A stretch of 64,000 nucleotides of DNA from contig OY970195.1 of assembly GCA_963708185.1 (NCBI GenBank), positions 832,001-896,000 of the forward strand, given 5' to 3'. Source of the stretch: Candidatus Peregrinibacteria bacterium (GTDB taxonomy: Bacteria; Patescibacteriota; Gracilibacteria; UBA1369). The position numbers and the translations under genes are program-made. Shown piece by piece: positions 19,454-28,593 of this stretch; the first letter of the stretch is position 1; every line of letters begins with the position of its first letter. Under the pieces are notes generated by a model. It saw nothing but the letters and a program-made list of their open reading frames with translations, made no database searches and was not told the origin of the DNA.

Positions 19454-20635
19454 TTACGGGGTGACCTCTTGGAAAAATTTCCTGGCATCGAGCTCCCGGG
19501 CGTGGATGTTGCGGTGGCGGCGGACCGGTTCGTCGATATGGGTCGTGGTGACGATGGTTTGGTGGCCTTGAATGGCCTCCATGAGAAGGTCCTGCCGTTC
19601 GGGATCCAGTTCGGAAAAGACGTCATCGAGCAGGAGAATCGGATTTTGACCGGTCCGTTCTTCGAAAAACTCCAGTTCGATGAGTTTGAGCGCCAGCAAC
19701 AATGAGCGGTACTCACCCCTTGAGGCGTGGGCTGACAATCTGAGGCCGTTGAAACTGAATTCGAGGTCGTCGCGGTGCGGACCGACCGTGGTCACGAGGG
19801 CTTGAAGGTCACGGGCTCTTGCCGAAGCAAGGTTGCCGGCAAAGTGTTCTTTCCAGATTTTTGCGGACTTCGTCTGGTTGGTTGCAGCGGGATCATCGGG
19901 TGCGTTGTAAAAATCCAGGGTGTGATGGTAGATAATCTGCACGTTTTCATTTCCGCGGGAAATTTTGCGGTAGGTTTCGCTGAGCCGCTCCTGGAAAAAC
20001 TCCACGGTCCTGGAGCGCTCCAACATAAGATAACTTCCATGCCGGACCAGTTCTTCATCCCAGATGTCCAGTTCGGAGAGATCAATGTTGCCGCTTCCTG
20101 AATTGCGCTGATCTTTGAGCTTGTGCAGCAAAGCGTTCCTCTGTTTGAGGACTTTCTGGTAGGCCCGGAGGGCGCCGAAATATTTACGGCTCACCTGGAC
20201 GTTCATGATGTTGAGATAGGCGCGGCGCAGGTCCGGTCCAAGGTAGAGCATGTTGAGGTCTTCAGGATGGAAAAAAACGACCTGGCAGCTGCCGATGAAA
20301 TTGGCGGCACTGATTTTGACGCCGTTTTTTTTGAAAGATTTCTGGGGATGGGGTGGTTTGCCCAAAAAGGCTTCCAGTCCAACGGAGTCGGCTCCATCCT
20401 CCATTTCAAAAACACCTTTCACCCGCGCGTATTCACTCTCCCAGCCGATCATGTCCTGCTGTTTCGTGGTGCGAAAAGACTTGGTCAGCGCAAGCAAATA
20501 GATCGACTCCAAAATGTTGGTTTTCCCCAGAGCGTTGGGACCAACGATGGAAGTGATGTGTTCATCGGGATCGAAATTAAGTTCGAGGTTCTGGTAGTTG
20601 CGAAATTTTTCCAGGACCAGTTTGGTAATTCTCAT
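19454..20635 (-). CDS. recF: DNA replication/repair protein RecF
   Basis: FRNY, GPNALGKTNILES, GPHRDDL, SRGE, ILLLDDVFSELD. Confidence 0.97.
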   Translation of the reverse strand: MRITKLVLEKFRNYQNLELNFDPDEHITSIVGPNALGKTNILESIYLLALTKSFRTTKQQDMIGWESEYARVKGVFEMEDGADSVGLEAFLGKPPHPQKSFKKNGVKISAANFIGSCQVVFFHPEDLNMLYLGPDLRRAYLNIMNVQVSRKYFGALRAYQKVLKQRNALLHKLKDQRNSGSGNIDLSELDIWDEELVRHGSYLMLERSRTVEFFQERLSETYRKISRGNENVQIIYHHTLDFYNAPDDPAATNQTKSAKIWKEHFAGNLASARARDLQALVTTVGPHRDDLEFSFNGLRLSAHASRGEYRSLLLALKLIELEFFEERTGQNPILLLDDVFSELDPERQDLLMEAIQGHQTIVTTTHIDEPVRRHRNIHARELDARKFFQEVTP

Positions 20636-21432
20636 GACCTTTCCTGAGCTAAATGATGTTCCGAAAACGCTTCGTAGAATTTTTTCTTGGCTTTGACCAT
20701 GGTTTCGATGCCTTTCATGATGCCTTCACGGAAGGGGTAGCGCGCCAGGACATAATTTTGCAGCGAACTTTCCATATCGGAGACCTGCGCCGAATGGACT
20801 TCCTCATTCATGCTGGCATGACGCTGCAGGATTTCAGACAAATCGATGAGCTTTCCTTTTTCTCCTCCGGGCAGCGTCCCGGTATCTTCGATGTCGGCGC
20901 GGAGTGATGCCCGTATTCCTGCGATTTTTTTCCTGGCCGACGACGGGTTCTCCGGCGGGGGCAGAAGTAATTTTTCGGACTGCCGCATCCTGAGCATCGC
21001 ATAGGCTGCTGCGGCGATTTGAAAATGGTTTCTTTTTCCACCGAGTTTATTGAGGGTCTTCAGAAACGAAAGGGTGCACGGCTCAACGAAACCGATATCC
21101 TTTCGTCTGTGCGGCGTATAGGCGGCAATCTGCTGCAACGCCTGAGCGATGTTGTCGCTTTGGGCCTCAAGCGACGACTCGATCCCGATTCTCAGCAAAT
21201 CGAAAATGTGGGGATCAAGAAAAGCCAACTGCTCTTTCAGTCTCTGCCTTGCTTCATCTTTGAGTTCGCCTTTCCCGAGTTTTATAAAAAGCGGGTTGTT
21301 GAGAATGAGCTCCTTGGCGGCGTAGTCGCCGAGCTGCCGGAGGATCCGCACATCCTGCGGAATCTCTTTTTGCTGCGGCTCTTCATGATTATCGGCCGCA
21401 CCGGGATAACCGGGATACTGGAGAGTGCTCAT
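20632..21432 (-). CDS. Hypothetical helical protein
   Basis: About 266-aa ORF whose stop overlaps the recF start (ATGA). Confidence 0.7.
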   Translation of the reverse strand: MSTLQYPGYPGAADNHEEPQQKEIPQDVRILRQLGDYAAKELILNNPLFIKLGKGELKDEARQRLKEQLAFLDPHIFDLLRIGIESSLEAQSDNIAQALQQIAAYTPHRRKDIGFVEPCTLSFLKTLNKLGGKRNHFQIAAAAYAMLRMRQSEKLLLPPPENPSSARKKIAGIRASLRADIEDTGTLPGGEKGKLIDLSEILQRHASMNEEVHSAQVSDMESSLQNYVLARYPFREGIMKGIETMVKAKKKFYEAFSEHHLAQERS

Positions 21433-21581
21433 AAAGCTCAAGCGACGCTATCCTCACAATAGTGCGTTTTGGAGGGGGTGGCAAGCATTTTGCTTTGACG
21501 CACTTTTGCGCATTGTATAAACTTTTTCTGCTGCTTTCATTCGTACCGAAGGTGGCTTCCATTCTTAAACCCACACAAACT

Positions 21582-23384
21582 ATGGCAAAGAAAGAACGCG
21601 TAGAGGTCGTCAAAAACGAAGACGAAGAACTTCACGGCATGCGTCATTCCTGCGCGCACATGCTGGCCCAGGCCGTCCTGGAAATGTTTCCCGATGCCAA
21701 ACTCGGCATCGGCCCGACTATTGAAAACGGTTTTTATTACGATTTTGAACTTCCGCGGACGCTGATTCCGGAAGATCTGGCTATTCTCCAGAAAAAGATG
21801 GAGCACATCGCCAAGCAGCGCCAGACTTTCGTGAGAAGGGAAGAGCCGGTGGATGCGGCAATCGAGCTCTACAAAAAAAGCGGCCAGATCTTCAAAATGG
21901 AGATCGCCCAGGATCTGAAGGATGAAGGAGAAAAAACCGTTTCTTTTTATGAGAACCGTTTGCCGAGCGGCGAACTGAAGTTCGTGGATCTCTGCCGCGG
22001 AGGACACAGTGAAAATACCTCCAAAACCGGCGTATTCAAATTGACGAAGATCGCGGGGGCGTACTGGCGCGGCGATGAAAAACGCCCGATGCTCCAGCGT
22101 ATCTACGGAGTCTGCTTTGCCAAAAAGGATGAACTGGATGCGTACGTGAAAATGCTTGAAGAAGCCAAGAAACGTGATCATCGCAAGATCGGACAGGAAC
22201 TTGAGCTGTTCACTTTTCATGAAAATGTTGGTCCCGGTCTTCCGTTGTGGCTGCCCAACGGGACCGTCATTGTTGAGGAACTGGAAAAACTGGCAAAGGA
22301 AACCGAGTTTCACGCAGGATATGAGCGCGTGCGCACCCCGCATATTACGAAAGGGGTGTTGTATCACACTTCAGGGCACCTTCCCTACTACAAGGATTCG
22401 ATGTACTCCCCGATGATGATCGACGAGGAGGAGTATTATCTGAAACCGATGAACTGTCCGCATCATCACATCTGTTACGCGGCTACGCCCAAGAGCTATC
22501 GTGATTTACCTTTACGGTTAGCGGAATACGGTACCTGCTACCGTTACGAAGATTCGGGAGCTTTATTCGGACTGATGCGCGTCCGCAGCATGCAGATGAA
22601 CGACGCCCACATTTACTGCACCGAGGAGCAATTCGAACAGGAGTTCATTTCCGTGGTGGAAATGTACCTTAAATACTTCAAGCTTTTCGGCGTTGAGAAA
22701 TACGTGATGCGTCTTTCGCTTCATGATCCGGCTGAACTTGGGAAAAAATATGTGGATGAACCCGAACTCTGGATCAAGACCGAAGAGATGGTTCGCAGTG
22801 CCATGAAAAAGGCCGGCGTTCCCACCGTTGAAGTCCCCAACGAAGCCGCTTTCTACGGACCGAAAATCGACGTGGAGGTCTGGAGCGCCATCGGACGCGA
22901 GTTCACCCTGGCCACGAACCAGATCGACTTTGCCGTTCCCAAACGGTTCCAGCTCACGTACACCGACGCCGACGGGAAAGATAAAACTCCGTTGTGCATC
23001 CACCGTGCGCCTTTGGGCACGCATGAACGTTTTATCGGCTTTTTGATCGAGCATTTTGGCGGCAATTTCCCAACATGGATGGCTCCGATCCAGGTAAAGG
23101 TTCTTCCGGTCAGCGACAAGTTCAACGATTACGCCCGCGAAGTTTCAACAGAGCTGTTCAACAAAGGCGTCCGCGTGAAGGTCGATGACAGCAACGAAAG
23201 TCTGGGTAAGAAAATCCGCGCCGCTGAGCTGCATAAGGTCCCGTATATGCTTATCGTCGGCGAAAAGGAGGTTGAGAACAGCCAGGTGAGCGTTCGCAGC
23301 CGCAAAACCAAAGAACAGAAAGTCATGGAAGTGGATAAGTTCGCGGTGGAGCTGTTCGAGGAGATTAAAGAGAGAAAATTATAG
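21582..23384 (+). CDS. thrS: Threonine--tRNA ligase (no N-terminal TGS domain)
   Basis: RHSCAH, DLCRGGH, GAYWRGD, KPMNCPHH, AFYGPKID, IHRA; ATG at 21582. Confidence 0.98.
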   Translation: MAKKERVEVVKNEDEELHGMRHSCAHMLAQAVLEMFPDAKLGIGPTIENGFYYDFELPRTLIPEDLAILQKKMEHIAKQRQTFVRREEPVDAAIELYKKSGQIFKMEIAQDLKDEGEKTVSFYENRLPSGELKFVDLCRGGHSENTSKTGVFKLTKIAGAYWRGDEKRPMLQRIYGVCFAKKDELDAYVKMLEEAKKRDHRKIGQELELFTFHENVGPGLPLWLPNGTVIVEELEKLAKETEFHAGYERVRTPHITKGVLYHTSGHLPYYKDSMYSPMMIDEEEYYLKPMNCPHHHICYAATPKSYRDLPLRLAEYGTCYRYEDSGALFGLMRVRSMQMNDAHIYCTEEQFEQEFISVVEMYLKYFKLFGVEKYVMRLSLHDPAELGKKYVDEPELWIKTEEMVRSAMKKAGVPTVEVPNEAAFYGPKIDVEVWSAIGREFTLATNQIDFAVPKRFQLTYTDADGKDKTPLCIHRAPLGTHERFIGFLIEHFGGNFPTWMAPIQVKVLPVSDKFNDYAREVSTELFNKGVRVKVDDSNESLGKKIRAAELHKVPYMLIVGEKEVENSQVSVRSRKTKEQKVMEVDKFAVELFEEIKERKL

Positions 23385-23399
23385 CAAATCACTCTACAA

Positions 23400-23873
23400 T
23401 CAGAGGGCTCCGTTCTGCAATAAACGGCATAAAGGGGCCTCTTTTTGGATGTGAAGAGGGAGATTTGGCAGAAGCTGTCGTAAAAGGAGATTCAGGGTCT
23501 GGGTGTAGCGGTTCTTGAAATACTCCGGAAGAAAACCCTGACGGATCTTGGCCTGGATGGAAAGCCCCACCCAGAAAGCTGCCGTAAAGCGCGCATGAAC
23601 TTCTTCCGGCCTCATCCCCCATTTCGACGCGTCTTCAACAAGAGAAAGTTTTTCCTCCGGAGATTTGGCTCCTGCGAGCTTCAGCATGACGGGCTTCAGG
23701 GCAGTTTCGGGGAACTGGCAGGCTGTCATGGCTTTTACCCATTCCTGCCCTATTTTTTTGGTTGTTTCAGGCGTTTGCGAAAGCCTTTCGGGAAAAGTTT
23801 CCCGATCATTTTGCGGAGACGTTATTCTTGTTTCGGAGTTACGATCTGAAAAAAATTTTTGCTGGGGTTTCAT
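23400..23873 (-). CDS. Hypothetical protein
   Basis: ATG at 23873 (MKPQQKFF...), 157 aa, convergent with thrS. Confidence 0.55.
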   Translation of the reverse strand: MKPQQKFFSDRNSETRITSPQNDRETFPERLSQTPETTKKIGQEWVKAMTACQFPETALKPVMLKLAGAKSPEEKLSLVEDASKWGMRPEEVHARFTAAFWVGLSIQAKIRQGFLPEYFKNRYTQTLNLLLRQLLPNLPLHIQKEAPLCRLLQNGAL

Positions 23874-23899
23874 AATTGAAATTGGTTTCACGTATAAAA

Positions 23900-24050
23900 A
23901 CTGCTGCGGGCGGCGATTCGTGACAACTCTATAAGTAAGAAAGAGTATCCGAACCGCGCGCCCGCTTTTCCGTAACGGCTGAGGTACGACTGCACCCCGT
24001 AAGCGGGATGACCGTTTGGACACGCGGTGGTCCTGTGGTTTCCCTTAAAG
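23900..24050 (-). promoter_or_regulatory. GC-rich structured leader with mutually exclusive hairpins (possible attenuator)
   Basis: 23961-23967 pairs either with 24001-24007 or, in a long hairpin, with the 23906-23920 arm, which is followed by a T-run on the minus strand. Confidence 0.4.
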
Positions 24051-24077
24051 TTAAGTTTTTCAAGCAAGAGCGGTGAA

Positions 24078-24494
24078 TCATGTCAGCTCGCGGAGGAGAC
24101 CGACACTTCGCCTTCGAGCTTCTCCGGAGCGGATCTTGTGGACGATGGGCAGGTTATTCGCCTGCTTCTTTTCCGCGAGACGGAGAATCAACTTCTTGAG
24201 CTCGTCGATGCGGCTGGCGCGATGCCCCTGCAACTGGCGGCCCGAAGGTCCCAGGTACTCGTAGAGGAGCCGCGTAGCCGCGAAGATGCGATCGTCAATT
24301 TCGTTTTCCTCCCAAACGGCATCGAGGATCAGTGCATAATACTGCACCGACTGCGACACCTTTTCGGACTTCCGACGAAGCGACTTCCGCAAGCGAGCGA
24401 CGAAGTCGGAAGTCAGCTTGATCCCAAGATCGTGAGCCGCCTTGATGTCCGATTCCACGAAGAGCTGCTGCACTGCGCGCGACTTTTTCCCCAT
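24078..24494 (-). CDS. Hypothetical basic helical protein
   Basis: ATG at 24494 after purine-rich GGAAAGGGAAGGGA; 138 aa. Confidence 0.55.
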   Translation of the reverse strand: MGKKSRAVQQLFVESDIKAAHDLGIKLTSDFVARLRKSLRRKSEKVSQSVQYYALILDAVWEENEIDDRIFAATRLLYEYLGPSGRQLQGHRASRIDELKKLILRLAEKKQANNLPIVHKIRSGEARRRSVGLLRELT

Positions 24495-24610
24495 CTTATT
24501 TCCCTTCCCTTTCCTGCTTCTGCTTTGGACTTGTAGATGTTTAAGGGTCAAACCACACCCCTGATTTGCCGACATCACCATTGATGCCTGCAAAGAGAGG
24601 GTGTGATAGA

Positions 24611-24810
24611 CAATCTGGTTGTAAAAGAACATAAAAATAACCTCTTGGCGTGGGCGAGGAGGTTCATGTGATCATTTCTTAAAACATTTGAAGAACGTTA
24701 CGTTAACCTCTCGCACACATCACCGGCTTCAGCACGCAAAGCTTCATCCAGGAGGGTGTAATAATGAGGTTGTTGGTCAAGGTTCTTGTCATGGTTTTAT
24801 CAGAGAATTG
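24611..24810 (-). ncRNA. Candidate ~200-nt rod-like ncRNA (6S-like?)
   Basis: Nested complementary segments across 24611-24810, starting just downstream of a strong minus-strand promoter; strand is inferred from that promoter. Confidence 0.4.
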
Positions 24811-24815
24811 TGCAC

Positions 24816-24843
24816 AGTATAGGGATTATTTGCGAATTGTCAA
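24816..24843 (-). promoter_or_regulatory. Sigma70 promoter
   Basis: TTGACA-N16-TATACT. Confidence 0.7.
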
Positions 24844-24904
24844 GAAGGCTCCTATGGCTTAATCATTATGACTTTCACTTTTCCTATTGCGGCTGCCGAG
24901 ACTA

Positions 24905-24933
24905 TTGACTATTTCCAATATTTATTTTATAAT
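24905..24933 (+). promoter_or_regulatory. Sigma70 promoter (divergent)
   Basis: TTGACT-N17-TATAAT. Confidence 0.7.
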
Positions 24934-24956
24934 TGCAATCCATTCTTTTCTTTCTT

Positions 24957-26360
24957 ATGACTTCACAGGAACGCCATCAAAAAGACGAGACGTTTGAAGC
25001 TTACCGCGACCGGCATAATGTGCAGGCGGAAGAAGCCATGTTTCTGCGCAGCCTCGGCCTGAACGTGGAAGGCGAAGAGAACGATGAAACGAAATCTGTC
25101 AGCGACCAGGTTGCGGAAAAGATCGAGCATATCTTTCGCTTCGTCGATAAGGCTTTTGAAGGGCACGGCATCAAGGACGCGGATATCACGCTCAACCTCC
25201 GCGAGCTTCTTTTGAAAGACCTTTCACCGTTCCTCAAAAAAGATAAAAGTTCGGTCTCAATGATGGATATTTCCACACTTGGACTGGTTGACGAAAGTAA
25301 AATCCGCGCGTTCCTGCAACGCCATGGCGTGAACCTTGACCGTCCTGCGGAACTCCAATATGCCCTCAACGTTTTCCGGGAGGCCGTTGAATTTTACGAC
25401 AATGAAATAGCGCGCGGGAAAACTCCGAAAATCCACAAAACCCTCGGCAAGTTTTCCGGCGCCGAAGATATTTATAATCTTTTTCAGACATCGTCAGGCC
25501 AGGGAATACGCCATCTTATCCCCCAGGCCTGTGCAATTTTGCGTATTGGCATGGTCATCGATTTTATCCAGAAAGACCCTTTGATTTCACACTTGTCCCA
25601 CGTGCAGGGAGAGCTGAAGAACGCGGTGCATCGGCACGTACGTCAGGTCGGCAACACCTTCATGTACCACAGCGGCGATCCACAGGAAAAACCGATTCCG
25701 CTTATTACCGCTGAAACCCGTGTAAAAACCCGCGAACGGATCATCATGAAACTTCTTCACAAGCCGAGCAACAGCACTTCGGAAGTGCTCGACCACATCG
25801 GTTACCGTTTCGTGACCGAATCGGCCATCGATACGCTCCGTCTTATTTACCAGATGTTTTTCGACAAGAACACCGCCGTACTTCCGGCCCTCAATATACG
25901 CGTCAACAAGACCAAACAGAGTCTCGTCGATCCAAAGATCCTCATGGCAGCGCTCAAGGACGCCCGTGAGGCTGAAGAGCTTTTTGCCCAGCTTTCCGAA
26001 GACACCATCAACCACCAGGACGTTGATACTGAATCGTTGACAGGAACCGACAATGCCCATTCGTCCAAGAATTATCGCGCGATTCACCTGACGATCGACT
26101 TTCCGGTCATCATTAACGGTCTTCAGCAGTTTTTCCCCATTGAAATACAGTTCGTGGACAAGACCGCCCATCGCGACAACGATGAACTTGCTCCCCATGC
26201 GGATTACGTTGAAAAACAACGGCAGGCTGCCTCTGAACGCGTCATCGGCAACAATCTCCATTCCAACTATCAAATCCAACGCCAACATTACAGCAAAAAC
26301 GGTAAAACTGCCCGGAAAGCGAAAAAAGTGAAAGCAAAAAAAAGTTTCCCGTCAGATTAG
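24957..26360 (+). CDS. TIGR04552-like protein (RelA/SpoT-related nucleotidyltransferase fold)
   Basis: RVKTRERIIMKLLHK, DHIGYRFVT, NYRAIHLT, FPIEIQF resemble RelA/SpoT synthetase motifs. Confidence 0.75.
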   Translation: MTSQERHQKDETFEAYRDRHNVQAEEAMFLRSLGLNVEGEENDETKSVSDQVAEKIEHIFRFVDKAFEGHGIKDADITLNLRELLLKDLSPFLKKDKSSVSMMDISTLGLVDESKIRAFLQRHGVNLDRPAELQYALNVFREAVEFYDNEIARGKTPKIHKTLGKFSGAEDIYNLFQTSSGQGIRHLIPQACAILRIGMVIDFIQKDPLISHLSHVQGELKNAVHRHVRQVGNTFMYHSGDPQEKPIPLITAETRVKTRERIIMKLLHKPSNSTSEVLDHIGYRFVTESAIDTLRLIYQMFFDKNTAVLPALNIRVNKTKQSLVDPKILMAALKDAREAEELFAQLSEDTINHQDVDTESLTGTDNAHSSKNYRAIHLTIDFPVIINGLQQFFPIEIQFVDKTAHRDNDELAPHADYVEKQRQAASERVIGNNLHSNYQIQRQHYSKNGKTARKAKKVKAKKSFPSD

Positions 26361-27373
26361 ACTCCGTATTTCGTCATCAAACTGTCGGCCAGATCGTTGA
26401 GCTGTTGGCCGAGATTTTGCAATGTGGTGTCTTTGGCGACTCCCTGGGCCGAGTCATTTTTGGCTTCATCGGCAAGGTTTTTTAACTGCGTAAAATCTTT
26501 TTGAACGGCGGCTCCGTATGCTTCGAAAAGTTTCTCGAATCCCTGGGCCATGAGGCTCGCTCCCTGGGTGACGTTGGAATTTGGATCTTCCTTCACGGCG
26601 TTATCGGTGTAGAAAACTGCTTCCTGGGCACGGGTCAGGGCGATTTCAATATCACCTTCCTTGACGTGAATGAGCGCATCGACAAGTTTGGCTTCCGCAG
26701 TACTGAGGAGATCCTGGGTCGTCCCGCCGTTTTTGACGATGTACATTTTGTACAAAATTTCAGCGCAATCGGCACGGGAAAGGTACTTTCCGGGTTCGAG
26801 TCGATTGTCGATGGTCGGTTCAACAATACCGACGTTTTTTGCGTAATTGAAGTACGGGACATACCAGTCACTGACGTTTACAATATCGCGTGAAAGCGCA
26901 TACTGGACCGTTTGATAGTCACTGAGATCAACGTTAAAAGCCTGCTCGGTCATTTTCAGGAATTCGGCTTTATTGACCTGGCGCGCCGGAGCGAACGTTC
27001 CGTCGGGATTTCCGTTGACGATCTTTAAATTCTGGCCGTTAAAAACATATCCGCTGAACCAATCACTGAGTTTCACGTCTGGAAATCCGGTCTGGTAAAG
27101 GCCGCTCGTGACCTGGACTCCGGCAGTCAAAAGAACCATCTTGAGGGCTTCGGCACGGTTCACTGCCTGATCGGGACGGAACGTCCCGTCGTTGTATCCC
27201 TGCACGACTCCAAGGTTTTTCAGGCTTTCGACTGCGGAATAGTAGGGACTCCCTGATGGAACGTCCGTAAAAGACGATGCGAAAATTTTCTGTACCCCCG
27301 TGAAGGACAATGCCAGGACGAGCAGAAACTGGACACCAATTCGTACAGAAAAACATACAGATGATCGATTCAT
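26357..27373 (-). CDS. S-layer homology (3xSLH) protein with helical C-terminal domain
   Basis: Signal peptide; FTDV...GYNDGTFRPDQAVNRAEALK. Confidence 0.9.
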   Translation of the reverse strand: MNRSSVCFSVRIGVQFLLVLALSFTGVQKIFASSFTDVPSGSPYYSAVESLKNLGVVQGYNDGTFRPDQAVNRAEALKMVLLTAGVQVTSGLYQTGFPDVKLSDWFSGYVFNGQNLKIVNGNPDGTFAPARQVNKAEFLKMTEQAFNVDLSDYQTVQYALSRDIVNVSDWYVPYFNYAKNVGIVEPTIDNRLEPGKYLSRADCAEILYKMYIVKNGGTTQDLLSTAEAKLVDALIHVKEGDIEIALTRAQEAVFYTDNAVKEDPNSNVTQGASLMAQGFEKLFEAYGAAVQKDFTQLKNLADEAKNDSAQGVAKDTTLQNLGQQLNDLADSLMTKYGV

Positions 27374-27404
27374 TCCTCGGTATTAAATGTCATGAATCTC
27401 CAGC

Positions 27405-28466
27405 TTAGCTTGGCGGCAGCTGGTTGAGAATTTCGTTGGCACGGTCTTTGATATGGCGGGCGATGGGCTGGATATCGTGGTTGACGTCCCAGGCTTCGGT
27501 CGCCTTGGTGATGGCCTGTTCCGCCCAGTTTTTAGCGCCGGCGTAATCCTTGGCGATCGCGGAAATGAAAGCGTTCATGAGGTAATCGTAGGCTTTGGCA
27601 AGTTTGGCCGCGGAGAGGACGACGTTATCCGTCGGCATATTCGTGTAAGCCTGCTGGCTGAAATCCACGGCGAGTTCTGAAGCGCGCTTCGCGGCCACGG
27701 TATTGTTGGCAGCCACGTAAATTTCGATCTGGCCCATTTCCGCTTCGGTCTGGTCGATGAGAAACTGGGTATTTTTATCGCTCCTGATAACGATCATCAA
27801 ATAGAGGATTTCGGCTACGTCGCCGCGTGTGAGCGACCGTCCCGGATAGAGCATGTTCTGGTCATCTTTGGAGATCAGTCCCGCTTCGCCGGCATAGTTC
27901 ATGTACGGCGTGAACCATGCGTCGGCCGGAACATCAGGAAACATCGACTGTCCGACCCACTTGTCGGTCTTGAAACCGTTCAAAATCAACAACATTTTCA
28001 GGAATTCGGCGCGAATGACGTTCCTGGCGGGAGCGAACGTTCCGTCGGGATTTCCGTTGACGATGCCGAGTGTTTTTGCCTGTTCGACATATTTTGCGAA
28101 CCAATCGTCCGCCTTGTAATCCGAAAAACTTGCCTGGGCAACGGTGTCCGGCACCTGAACCTTGTTTCCGATCAGGAGGATCTTGAGCGCTTCCGCCCTG
28201 TTCACAAGATTTTCCGGTTTGAACGTCCCATCATCGTAGCCGTCAAGAATTCCCTGTTTTTTCAAATACATGATGGCGACATAGTTGGGATGCGTCTGAG
28301 GGACGTCGGAAAAGCCGTCCGCCTGCTGGGTTGCCGTTACGGCGGCTTGTGTCGTTGCCTGCGTGGAAGTATCAGTTGTTGATGTGGCGGTCGTGTCCGT
28401 GAGGGCGTACACGTTACTCGTTACCAGAAACGAAATCAGAAAACCGATGGCAATTTTCTTTTTCAT
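27405..28466 (-). CDS. S-layer homology (3xSLH) protein, paralogue of 26357-27373
   Basis: Signal peptide; FSDV...GYDDGTFKPENLVNRAEALK. Confidence 0.9.
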   Translation of the reverse strand: MKKKIAIGFLISFLVTSNVYALTDTTATSTTDTSTQATTQAAVTATQQADGFSDVPQTHPNYVAIMYLKKQGILDGYDDGTFKPENLVNRAEALKILLIGNKVQVPDTVAQASFSDYKADDWFAKYVEQAKTLGIVNGNPDGTFAPARNVIRAEFLKMLLILNGFKTDKWVGQSMFPDVPADAWFTPYMNYAGEAGLISKDDQNMLYPGRSLTRGDVAEILYLMIVIRSDKNTQFLIDQTEAEMGQIEIYVAANNTVAAKRASELAVDFSQQAYTNMPTDNVVLSAAKLAKAYDYLMNAFISAIAKDYAGAKNWAEQAITKATEAWDVNHDIQPIARHIKDRANEILNQLPPS

Positions 28467-28593
28467 AATTTTTCTGTCAATTGAGTGTGGAAGTTACTTT
28501 TTATTATACATTCTTTTAATTTTTTTTCCAGAATAGAATATTTTCAAAAATATTCAAGAATGATTTTCTGGATGACGGCTTTTTCTTGTTATT

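Noticed and set aside
21442-21581. T-box riboswitch upstream of thrS
   Set aside because: Only partial GGTGGC matches; no GGTGGnACCGCG, no terminator, and the leader is too short.
24027-24536. Plus-strand 169-aa ORF opposite 24078-24494
   Set aside because: The minus-strand ORF has an ATG, a purine-rich RBS and an upstream promoter. The plus-strand ORF starts at a GTG inside the structured element. The strand call remains somewhat uncertain.
24733-24745. c-di-GMP-I riboswitch (ACGCAAAGC)
   Set aside because: The upstream GGCAAAC and GAAA-tetraloop stem are missing.
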